From: Epiperipatus broadwayi | Lineage: Eukaryota; Animalia; Onychophora | Length of the DNA stretch: 64,000 nucleotides | Direction of reading: 5' to 3' | Assembly (NCBI GenBank): GCA_028023455.1 | Contig: JAQFVV010000004.1 | Location: 15,996,001-16,060,000, forward strand | Part shown: piece after piece, positions 26,600 through 38,438 of the stretch | How the letters are laid out: every line of letters starts with the position of its first letter | Position numbering within the stretch: the stretch's first letter is position 1 | The notes under the pieces: model-generated | Databases searched by the model: none | Seen by the model: only the letters and a program-made list of their open reading frames with translations | What the model was told of the DNA's origin: nothing | Position numbers and translations under genes: made by a program

Positions 26600-28870
26600 A
26601 TTGAGTAATGCCTTCATCATTGTTTATTAATGGGAGTGGGAAAGTGTTTAGAAAACTCTTTATCTTGAAGTATTCTATTTAAAGATTTTTCTCATACCAT
26701 ACATATTTATTAAAAATGTGGTTTTGTATATATTTCGAACATTTTTATATTTACATATATAATTAATTTATCTTCTAATTGAAAAATCATTAATTAAATT
26801 TCTTAAAAATGTAATATATTTCATCCTTTATTTTATTTTTGCTTATATGAAAATTTTTTGGAATACTTCTCTATAATTAATATTACTGAATAATTCTGTC
26901 AACTAAGTTTCAGCTTTTAATTTTTTAGAAACTCCGAAGTATGCTATCTGCTGTTGGATCTATTCCTGAATTAAGGCAATCACAAATGGGTTTTCTCCGA
27001 CATTTACAGGTTTTACAAGATAGATAGTATAGGACTACTATGAAAGAGATGCTTGCAATTCTTCTGTAATGCTGTTTTTTTTTTATTCTATCATTCTTGT
27101 ATGTAAGATTAGTGATTAGCAGTAACAGTAGTGGTTTTTTAGAGATACCTTTACATCCATCAAGTTTTAGTAAAAGTTCCCCGGACTTACAATTAGATCT
27201 TCTAAAGTTTAGTTTCTCTATGGTTTCTCTTGACTTTTCTGTCATCATCCAATGATCTTATAAGTTTGTCAGCAATATCTAGATCTTTGGTAAGTCAGAC
27301 AAAAATTGGTTATAAACTACTAGATTTATTTCAATCTGGAATGAATTTCTTATGATGGTCATGAGGGATCTAACAATGATTCAAAAATTATTGTCCAATA
27401 TCATTGTTATATATTTTCTACTAGCTTTTTTAAAAGAATCATAATAGCAAGAATTTTGCCAGTAGATGAGAGTCAGCTTCCTATAGAATAGGCTGGTTTT
27501 AGGCCAGGAAGAACTGCAGTGAACAGGATTTTATCTTTAACAACTCACATTGAAAAAAGTTTTCAAAATAAATTAAAAACTGATACTATATTTATTAATC
27601 AGCTTATGATTATTATTAGAATATTAGTCTTCTAAAAGTTTCTAAAATTTTTAAATGCAGAAAAACCAAAAATTTACTTGACAAAATGTCCTCCAATAGA
27701 AAAATTAAGTGACACTAAGTGATCATTGTAATAGATTCAGAACAGACTACCATGGGGTTTGGTTTTGCTGCCTACTTTATATAATATGTTCATCAATGAT
27801 CTTCCAAATACCGACTGCAGGAAATTCATCTATGTTGATATTGCTTTAAAAAAAGATTATTTCCTGAAATAAGAAAGTCTCTCAATAAGAATATGAAAAA
27901 CTTGAAATATTTTTTAAATATTGGAATCATTTCTAATCCAATGAAGATAGTATATTCAATTTTTCATCTCAATAACAGAAAATCACTACATGACATAAAA
28001 GAAAAGCCTTTTGCAATGGTAATCTGAAATATGATTTATTCCATGCTATTTAGCAGTAATCTTGGATTGTTTTCTAACTTATTTTTCTCATTTATCTAAG
28101 GTTAGATTAAATTTTGTATGAATAACCCTCTTGAAAAGCTAACTGGCATTACTTGGGATTAAGATGCAAGTATTTTACAGACAGATTCCTTAACATTAGC
28201 ATATTCTGTTAATGAATATTGTGCCTTTGTTTGGAGAAAAAGTTCTGTCACTAAACTTCTAGATACTCAATTAAATATTACCATGAGAAATATTATTGGC
28301 ACACTTAAGTTCACTCCTTTACAGTGATTTCCTGTTCTTTCACATATTCCTCTACCAGATATTTAAAAAGAAATTTGTCTCACAGAAAATGTATATAAAA
28401 CTGTTAAACAGGTTAGACCTGCCAATATCTTAAGATATAGTTTTTCCATCTAAGATTCAACTCAGCTCTTTTTGGATGGTCAGTCAATAATCTACAATTG
28501 AATAATTCTAGCATAAAAATGGAATTCTCATGAGATTCCAAATAATTTTTTTTTAAAAAAAATACAACAACAAAATCAGATGAATTTGTCTTTCTAGAAG
28601 CAATTGGACTCTCATCAATATATTCAGGACTACTCATGGTTTTTGTGCCCATCTGCTTTGTAAATGGAATTTATTAATCATTGATTCATGTAAATGTGAG
28701 AAAGTATTATCAATAAATGACATAGTTAACAACTATCAAATTTATGGATGCAGTAATAGAAGTGAAAGTCTTAGTAAAGCCACTAGTCGACATATCTTCC
28801 TTTATGATATATTGCTAATAGTTAAACTGAATAAAAAATCCATAAGCTAAATAATAATAAAATAATTAAA
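26600..28870 (+). mobile_element. Vingi/Ingi-like LINE, decayed
   Basis: AGFRPGR..LSLTTHIEKSFQNKLKT; LAYSVNEYCAFVW..LDTQLNITMR; NWTLINIFRTTHGFCAHLLCKW; (TAA)-like tail; 5' boundary approximate. Confidence 0.75.
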
Positions 28871-29019
28871 TTTAAAGAAACCAAAGTCTACATTGTTTTT
28901 CCTAAAAGAAAAAATATATATAATCTTATATTCTGGATATCTAAATCAAATACAATATAACAACAATTAATAAGTCAAACTTTGAGAATCTTTATAGCAA
29001 ACTTGTAAATAACACTCAC

Positions 29020-29212
29020 TAAACTGGATTCCAAGAGATTGTAAAAAACCCAGAAAGAGACCACATGTAAGATGGATGGATGAAATAAGAAAGTGTGCAG
29101 GGGTGATGTGGAGAAGAGAAGCTAAAGATCAGAGAAGATGGATTAAACTTGGAGAGACCTTCATCCTGCAGTGGATTGATAATGGTTGATAATGATGATG
29201 ATGATGATGATC
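29020..29212 (+). mobile_element. RTE 3' fragment
   Basis: Matches the 22.7 kb 3' end; long (GAT)n tail. Confidence 0.9.
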
Positions 29213-29499
29213 TCATTTGAATGCTAGTTTATCAGTTAGACACAAGATAACCACTTTTATCTAACTACCACATTCTTCTTTATAATAGATAAATCAATCA
29301 TCATATTTGAAAGAGGTAAAACTTTAAATTAGCAGCAATTTTTGAAACTTGATAATCAAGCAGCTTAAAGTTCCAAATAACCTTGAAATCATTCAATTAT
29401 CAAACAACAAATGGATTTCTATTTATGATTAACTAGTAATTAAAACAAGAAAACTAAACTCTCATTCAACATTTAACTAATCATATATATTGAAATCTT

Positions 29500-29672
29500 A
29501 AACTGGATTTCAAGAGATTATAAAAGACCCAGAAGGAGCCCACATGTGAGATGAATGGATGAAATAAGAAAGTGCAGGAGTGATGTAGAGAAGAGAAGCT
29601 AGAGATCAGAGAAGATGGATTGAACTTGGAGAGACCTTCATCCTGCAGTGGATTGATTATGGTTGACAATGA
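29500..29672 (+). mobile_element. RTE 3' fragment
   Basis: Matches 29020-29190. Confidence 0.9.
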
Positions 29673-30299
29673 TATATATTGTCTTATTTATTATTTCTGA
29701 AGAAGTATTTTTCCAGCAAGAAGCTATTTAAAAACTGTTTTATTATACACTCAAAAATACTATTCTCCATTCTGTTAACATTGCATTGTATTCAATATTA
29801 AATAAATTGTGTCTTTTTTTATTTAACATTGCAAAAATTTAGTGTAAAAAGTATATATTGTAAAAAGGAAAAATACATGAACACACACACATATATTGTA
29901 TTACGAACCATAAATTTCTGATATTCGTCTTTGTAAACTAAATTTTAAATAAATGCAAACTTTTTTTTTAATTCCAAATTTGAGCATAAAAATAATTATA
30001 TTTATTCTCTACGGAATATTCCAATTTATTATCAAATAATGAATTTTATTTTCTTCTTGAAATCAAAATTATTATTATTATTTTGTTTTGAATTAGAGTA
30101 ATACATATTTTTATTGAAATTTAATAGAATATATGAGAAATATATTGTTGAAATGAATTACTGAAAATTTGATAAGACAATTATTTAATAAAACCATATT
30201 TTATTAGTATTATAATGTAATACAAAGTATATATAAAAATATTTTTTTTATAAAATACATTAATTTTCAGATATAATAAAGTTTAATGATCAAGAGGAG

Positions 30300-30432
30300 A
30301 TGCACTAACCCTAAAGCGAGCACAACAGTTAGTTCTACTCAATTGATTAAACCACAATATTTTTGTTTTACTTTCTTCAATTGGGAATTGATCTAGGGAC
30401 CATTAATTCTCTAGTCCGCTACCCTATCACTA
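30300..30432 (-). mobile_element. Possible decayed tRNA-derived SINE
   Basis: Minus strand GATAGGGTAGCGGACTAGAG..GGTCCCTAGATCAATTCCCA loosely resembles a tRNA head. Confidence 0.3.
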
Positions 30433-30865
30433 TTTTAAACTGAGAGCAAAATTTTCCTGCTTAGTTTTTGTTTAGATAAATATTAGTGTAAGCAATGAAT
30501 CAAAAACAGATCTTTATTAAATTAATATAAATAGTGGGTTTTTTCTTTTTAAAGGAATTTTAATCAAAAACTTATTATTGAGATCTATGAACTAAAAATA
30601 ATTGAAGTTCCTTTTATTTATTTTTTACATTTAATTTATAATTGAAACAAGAAAAATTAAGTACTAAAGAAGACTGCTAATTATTTAAATCAAATTATGT
30701 AAATGCAAAAAAAACAACTAAATCACATGGGCAACCAACTATTATATTTGAATTTTTTAGCTAATTTTTTAATTATAATGTTGATGTCTCCATTTCTTTT
30801 ATTTTTTGTTTGTCGTCTCATAAAATTCAAAATATGTAAAATAAGATACTTTTTTATATTAAAAA

Positions 30866-30968
30866 ATGTTGCTGGTCGAGAGGTCAGCGACAGCTGCTTT
30901 ACAAGCAGTTGTCCCGGGTTAGCGGGTTCGCTTCCCGGCTGATGCTATGACACATGAGAAAAAAAAAA
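30866..30968 (+). mobile_element. tRNA-Gly-derived SINE
   Basis: Near-identical to 19377-19478, same tail and poly(A). Confidence 0.8.
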
Positions 30969-31469
30969 TTATATTTTGAAGAATGATATATGAATAGATA
31001 GATAAAAAAAAATTATTAAAATTTGACTAAAAATATGGCATATTTTTTTTAAATATTCAACATTAATAATTTTGATTATGCCATGATGCAGTGTTGTTTT
31101 CTGTCTAGTGACCTATTGAAGAATGAAAGAGTGTGAGATACTCTTAAGATATGCATTGAATACAATTTAGATCAACTTTCATTATTGCCATACTGCAGAA
31201 GTATTAGAATAAAGAGTCATAATAAAAAAACATGAAAATTACAAGGGTCATAAATGACTGTATATATATAAATTACCTGAAATTATATATATATATTGAT
31301 AAATTTCGATTGTCTAATATTAAATGACTTGTACATTTTTCAATGAAAATTAAAATGTTAAATTTGGAGTAGAAAGAAATAAAGGTGTTGAATACAACTT
31401 TTTATATTAATCTTATTCTTCTCTTTCATTTTCTTTGCATATCTTCGTATAATCATATATATATATATA

Positions 31470-31675
31470 TTGCTTATAACACTTCTTTCATATACACTTC
31501 AATGCAAACAAATTCTTTTAAAACCTTCTTTATTTTCCTTACAGTTTTGACTGTCCAGTAGTCTTCATCAGCTCTGATGAAGACTACTGGTCAGTCAAAA
31601 CTGTAAGGAAAATAAAGAAGGTTTTAAGAGAATTTGTTTGCATTGAAGTGTATATGAAAGAAGTGTTCTAAGCAA
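31470..31675. mobile_element. Family E fold-back (about 102-bp arms, 2-nt spacer) centred on a hammerhead core
   Basis: ...TCATCAG CT CTGATGA-A-GACT actggtc AGTC-AAAA-CTG-TA/AGG; three arm mismatches. Confidence 0.85.
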
Positions 31676-33022
31676 CTTTTTATATTTTTAATTCAAAATA
31701 TTTTAAAACTTAATTGCTAAATTATATATTAAGTCTTAAATAGCTTCAGGAAGAATGAGTGGTGAGAAACTGAAAAACAATAAATTAAGATTTTCTTATA
31801 ATGTTTTTTGAAGTGTGCATTATGGAAGAAGGAGATTCTGAATTGTATAACAACAAAAAGCATTTAGATATATATATATTTAAAAAAGCAATAAGAATAA
31901 AAACGTACTGACATTTTTTAAACAGTGGCTATAAAAAAAGATTTAAGAGATGAAATATTGTAATAAAAGGGGGTGGGGAGTCAAAAATGATGGTTTGTAA
32001 AAATACTATTCAATGTAAAGAAAGGCCAATGTCATGCAACATATACTGAAAGAAATATACTAAACCCACTGTGAGAAAATGATTATAGTGCATACTATCT
32101 TTTCTCATTTTATTATTTAAAAAAAAGTATTCTGACTCATTTTTCTTATTTTTTTTCTTTCCAAATAATGTATTTATCATGTCTTTTCATAATTTATTAA
32201 TCAGTGAAAGTTCCTCTTAGTCAAAATTTACTACAAAATTCAGTTAATACTTTTTGCTTGAGGATAGTTTAAACTTGTATAACATTTGGATAGATGATCA
32301 CCTGAAAATTCTGAATGTTGTAGCTGGTCTATTTTTATGTATCTTAATGATATTAAACTTCATTACATTTCATGATACAACTCTGAAAAATAAGATGTTA
32401 CAGAAAATTATGTTGAGAGGATGTCAAGCAATGGCTAATTCCTACCAATAAAGATCAAGTGTTATCATTTGATTTTAGCATTCTACTTTTTAGTTATTCC
32501 ATGTGTTTTAAGAATTTATGTAATATTATTAGTTATTTGTATTTTGTTTGCACTAAAATAGAAAAGTATACTTTGTTTGGCATTCCATTTATCATTCTGG
32601 GCACTAAAGTGGGAATATACTTTGTTTTGCTTTCCATTTATCATTCTGGAGTGTTATATTATTAATATACAGATAAAATACTATTAATCTGAATTTCCTG
32701 ATTTCAAAAATTTGGGGGGATTTGTCAACATTTCAGATTTCCAGAATAAAGTCTTTTATTTCCTCATGGTAAACTCAAGCTTTACTAAGCACTGCAAATA
32801 CATAATAGTATATATTAATATTTACTGATTTTTTTTAGTTTAATTTTGTTTGTAAATTATGAGTCCAATTAAATTTATTTAATAGAAAAAAATTAAAGAT
32901 CACCAATAAATTTTATTTTGATAATGGTTGGCATTACAGTTAATAGTATTTTACCTGTGTAATATTTCCATATTGAAATTCTATTATTATTAACTTTCTA
33001 CCGAATTACATTTCTTTATATA

Positions 33023-33370
33023 TAATATATGCGGGGTTCGAACTCAGAATTTCACATGACCCATCACTCTCAGTGCCATCTCATATTGCTGACCCACCTG
33101 ATCACACACATGTTGAAAAGATAAATAATCACCAATATACGTATTTCATGCTAAACCAGCAATGTGTGAGGAAAGTAATCTAGACCAACTGATAATTGCT
33201 GGTTTAGCATGAAATACGTATATTGGTGATTATTTATCTTTTCAACATGTGTGTGATCAGGTGGGTCAGCAATATGAGATGGTATTGAGAGTGGTGGGTC
33301 ATGTGAAATTCTGAGTTCGAACCCCGCATATATTACATATATAAATGCAGGTTTAAGCCTGTACAATGTA
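33023..33370. mobile_element. Family B fold-back (about 140-bp arms, 31-nt spacer, about 30-nt tail)
   Basis: Arms 33023-33163 and 33195-33335. Confidence 0.9.
33184..33227 (+). ncRNA. Type I hammerhead, family B (G8A)
   Basis: ACCAA-CTGATAA-TTGC tggttta GCAT-GAAA-TACGTA-TA/TTGGT; 5-bp stem I, palindromic stem III. Confidence 0.75.
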
Positions 33371-36269
33371 TTAATTCTTTATATAGTTAATAATGATTAT
33401 TAACGGGATATTGAAGTAGTTAAAAAATATTTATTTTTACTTATCATTTCATTTAGAATAAATTGTTTAATTTTTAGACACAAATTATTTGGAGATAAAA
33501 AAAAAAAAAAAAAATTTATTTGGAGATTTTTATTGCATGCATAAGTCGCTTAAACATATTTTAAAAACCAAGTGTGACAAATAATCATAATTTGCTTTTT
33601 AATATGTGATTTTTAATGATAAATTTCTAATATAAATATTTCAGTTTTTGTTTTGTGAACATATTTTTGATCATATTTGTGAATATCATAAACATTCCTA
33701 TTCATAACTGCAACTAATTTATACATAAAGCATATTTTTCTTGTTCATTTGTTTGCTAAAATATAAAAAAAAGTTTAAATTTACAAATGAACATTAAAAA
33801 CAGATGTGGTTTAACTAAAAATATAAATTATCTATAAATTACTGTATAGGAACAATATAGTCTTCTCCCTATCAATGAAATTATTTGTTTTGCATATATT
33901 TCTTGGCACATTCCTAAACAATTTTAACTAACTGCTGATAATTAGTTTTATTATATATTGGATTGTTTTCACTATCTAGTTGAATTATTAAATATTATTT
34001 TTTTAAATATATTTAATATTAGTAGTAACAAATAGTTTAGTACAGAGCACAGCATTCAGAATAATATAATTTTCTCTCTTCTTCAATGTTGTTGACTTAA
34101 TTAATGACAGCTAACATCCAAAGTGAAACAGTAACTTTTACATTTGGAAGTATTGAATTTTAGGTGTTGTAATAATCAACTATACTATTCTATCAAAGGC
34201 AACAATTAGTAGAAATTTTATTTTCTTATCTATGAGGGTCCTCCCATTTCTCCATTTTTTAAAGAGAAAAATCAATTTGTGGTTTTCAAATATTATGAGT
34301 CATCCCACTAAATTGACTTATGGAATTACCCCGTAAGCAGCTTCTTTAAACAAATTTTATGTTTGATTTTTTCCTCTTTGTCCAATATTATGTTTTGCCA
34401 TTTAAACATATATTCATTTATACATGCATGATCTGATATGTTAGATATATCTGTCTTTTCCTGTTTAATCAGTAACACTCATCTAATAATGTTAATATAA
34501 TTTCTACAATTTCTTTCAGTGTTGTTTCATTATTGTTTCTATGTTTTACTACTATAATAAACTGATCTTTTGAAACAGTAGTATTGGCAAAGACTTCTAA
34601 AAAATTTATAGAGAGCAAAAGTTTGTTCAATCACATTACATCTTAACTCTTACTTGAAGTACAAATGATCTGATTGAAATTATTTTCTTTTGATAAGATC
34701 AGGAGAAATCTAACTTATTAAAAATGTGTATAATATTTAGAAAGTTTGATAAGGAAAAAGAGAATGATTTGCTATGTGTTAGAAGAAAAGAAAGATATTA
34801 TAAGGTAGATAGATTTATCATCATATTAGAGAATGTGCTTTTGAACCGTCTGAATATTTCTATAGAAATTATATTCATATGATCATTAGGTGACTTGACA
34901 AAATTTATAAAAATAAAACGCAATGGATCAGAACTTACACAATCATGAAGGCCACATTATATTACATCATACATTTTTGCCTTTTATAGATTGTCCATCA
35001 ACAATCATCTAATAGTAATCTATCATCTTTACCTTTAGATAAATACCTATTTTCCTATTAATACTGGATTTACAACTAAGATTTAGTAACTTGAATGAAA
35101 AATATACAAAACTGCTTCCAATGATCATATTTTACCAGATTATAGGTTTGGTAGGTTGTCACTAAGTAGTTCACCATAAGCCTCTCTCCCAATTTTTTTT
35201 TTGTAAAAGATTGATATTAAAATAATAAAGCAATTTGAATTTTTAAAACTGATAATAATAATATTGTAATATTTGTGTATATTCAACTCTTTATGTTCTA
35301 TGAAGAAAAAATGTATGTGCAAATATACATAAAACACAAATCTTCAAATTGATAGATTATTATAATATTTAATTTTAACACTTGAAGATCTAGTATAATC
35401 CTTTTTAATTGGGAAGTTAGTGATCAACAAAAAACATGTAAAAATATTATGATTACCATTAGTTATTTTCCAAAAAGCAGATATCATAATCAAACCAGAC
35501 TATTTTCTCTAAACTTTTTTTTAATCAGTTGCTTTATTTTTCAAATGTTTGTATCTCTTCTTATTTTTTTGCTTTTACTGTTTATCCCGTATAAACTCCA
35601 ACATTATCTTCTGTGCATTAAGTTATTATCTTTCTACTGTTATCCCCCCCCCCCCCCCCAACAGGGGGAAAAAAAAAAAATTTTTAATATTTTTTTTTTT
35701 ATTTTTAAAAAAAAAAAAAAAAATTTTTTAAAATTTTAACGCTCTTAATTTTATATATATATATATATTACAAGATAAAAAACTCATTGCTTATTTTTAT
35801 TTTGGTTATTGCCTGTGTTTATGTGAAATGTTTTATAAATTATAAATGAATATTATATTAATTCAGTTATTATTTAATAATTTTTATGTAGTTTCAGAAA
35901 ATAGGTTAGAAACTTTGACTTTTACTCTTTACAAAATTGTAGTTAGGTATTTAAATCAAAGAACATTAAGGCATTCTATTTGGAGTCATTTTTAGTTTTG
36001 GATAACATTTAATGAGAAATGCTTTGATATATACCATTTTGAGGTATATATTTTTAATCTATCTTTCTGAGTATATGTTATCATGTGTAAAAGTATATTT
36101 CTAAATTTTGAAATTAACTCAATTTTCTATAACTTTATATATAATAATTGCCTTTTACAGACTGTAAATAGCTTTTTACATCAATTTAAATAAAGTAAAA
36201 TTTTTAAAACAGAAAAAAAAATTAATGACTTTTTAAACTTTGTTGTTAATTGAAGGGAGATTATTTTAT

Positions 36270-38095
36270 TTCTCTTTGAGACCTTAAAAAAACCAACCAG
36301 GGCCAATTTATAATGTACAACTCATAGCTCTGGTTGTTGCAGGGTGATATTTCTAAGTGATTATTCATATGGTTAATGAATATGGATGGAATGCTCACCA
36401 ACATGTATTAGCCCTCATAGTGAGTTTATTGGCTTTTTACTTCTGCGTTTAAGACCAAGAAACAGTATAGGCCATTTTTCTCAGTTGACTGATAATTCTT
36501 AATTCAAATATTAATTGAGTTTTTCTAGAAGCAGGATGAAATTATGTATGAGTGATCTTTTTTTATAAGTAGATGTTTAAAATCGTGACAAATAAAACTA
36601 TTTGGGATTTATTATGAATAGGTGTTAAGGCAGCAGTTGGTGGCCAAAAACTATATACCAAATATCTAAATGATAAAGATGTATTAAGTAAATAGAAGAA
36701 TGCAGTAGTAATATTGATATTTAAGAAAAATGATAAAGAAGATATAAGAAATTACAGATTCATCAATCTTTTATCATTTCTATGCAAAATCTTTATTATG
36801 ATAATTATAACTTATCTACAATGATCTTTATAGTCTAACCAACCAAAAGAACAGGCCACATTTAAAAATGGTGTTAGCACAATGAATTACATTCAAGCAT
36901 TGAGAGAAGTTATAGAAAGAACCAATGAATATGAGTTACCAATGGCTTTGAATTTGTAAAATTATGGAAAGGCATTTAATTCTATAAGCATTTATACAGT
37001 AATTAATGCAAGATAAGAATATTTATATAAATGCAGTAGCAATGATTAGATTACATAGTGATGCTATAAAGATTAATTTTGGGGAGATCAACAAGATGAT
37101 TCCATATCTCAAAAGCTTTTTTCACAAAAAATATTGTGTAGATTAAAATGGAGAGCAAAGGAAGTTATTAGAGATTATTTAAGTCATTTAAACTTCGCAG
37201 ATGATGTGGTTATTTTTGCAAATAATACTTCAGAATTTCAGGAAATATTGCAAGAGTTATCAGATGGAAGTAAGAAAATAGGAATAAAAATAAATGCTAC
37301 AAATATTCAATAGATATTCTCAGAAGTAAAAAACAAAGATTGATAATCATGAATTAGAAGAAGATTACTATTAAAACCTTGATGAGATTATTAATACATA
37401 TGGAAACACAGTAGATGAAAGTAACCATAGAATTAAACTTGGATAGAATTCTTTTAATAGAAATAACTTAGTATTAAAATAGAATATGTGTTTGATAAAG
37501 ATGATTTTTAATATATGAGTTTTACCAATCTTTATGGATGAATCTAATATTTGGGCATTGACAGAAGATCAATAGAGAGTCTCAGATCATTCATACAAAG
37601 GTATATATTAGAAATAATAATAAGAGGATGAAAATGAAAAACACAGATGAGAAAACAAGCAGGGAATCATTGTCATAATTAACAGAATTCAGAGATTTAA
37701 ATGGAGTTGGGCTGAATATATTGCTTGAAGAGATGATAATAGATGGTCAATCAAATTCTTAAACTGGATCTGAAGAGGCAAAACTCTCTATACATATTGC
37801 CCACTCAATGCAAGCAAGAGTAATCAATGAATATCAGAAGGCTTGTGCATAAAATCCCCCATCTAATGCATACTCATCCAATATCCCCAGTTATGAGCAA
37901 GCATAAGAAATGATGATCATGTGATGGATCTGAAGAGATCGTAAAAAGCTTACAAAGAGACTGAATGTAAAGTGTATGGATAAAATAAGGAAATTTGCTG
38001 GTGTGATACAGAGAAGAGAAGCTATAGATCAGAGAAAATAGTATAAATTTGAAAATATCTTATTGGATAGTGGATCAATATGATTGAAAATGATA
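36270..38095 (+). mobile_element. RTE LINE with internal deletion, decayed
   Basis: 5' UTR at 36.3-36.55 kb joined to the RT region (HLNFADDVVIFANN) and 3' end; interrupted by a family A insertion. Confidence 0.85.
37778..37924. mobile_element. Family A 5'-inverted insertion with 13-bp TSD, nested in RTE
   Basis: TSD TGGATCTGAAGAG at 37765-37777 and 37925-37937. Confidence 0.9.
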
Positions 38096-38180
38096 TATTT
38101 TTAGATATATTTAAAACTTCCATTCCACTTCATATTCTTGAAACATACGAATTAAAACATTTGAAAATGCTCCCCCCCCC

Positions 38181-38222
38181 CCAGATGCATTTAATGCTGA
38201 ATCAGCACTCTTCAGTTTGCTC
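38181..38222 (-). ncRNA. Type I hammerhead, family C (G12 mutated)
   Basis: Minus strand CAAA-CTGAAGA-GTGCTG att CAGCAT-TAAA-TGCA-TC/TGGG. Confidence 0.65.
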
Positions 38223-38397
38223 AGATTACAATCTTTTATATATGTTTCATGTTTAATGTTGATGTCAAAGTTGTAAATGCAGAAAGTTTGACAATTGTAA
38301 ATCAAATTGTAATTATATATAGTATATAGAAAAACAAAAAATACTTAATTGTAATTATTAATTAGAGAAAATATAACTTACTATTAAAAATTTTTTC

Positions 38398-38438
38398 GGC
38401 TGAACGTTTTCGAGGAACCATGCCTCATACTCATAGCC
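38398..38438 (-). ncRNA. Type I hammerhead with non-canonical A3-U8 core, all other elements intact
   Basis: Minus strand GGCT-ATGAGTA-T-GAGG catggtt CCTC-GAAA-ACGT-TC/AGCC. Confidence 0.75.

Noticed and set aside
35640-35745. Run of C, G, A and T homopolymers giving ORFs 35449-35739 and 35549-35731
   Set aside because: Low-complexity sequence, possibly a read-quality or assembly artefact; the ORFs are spurious.
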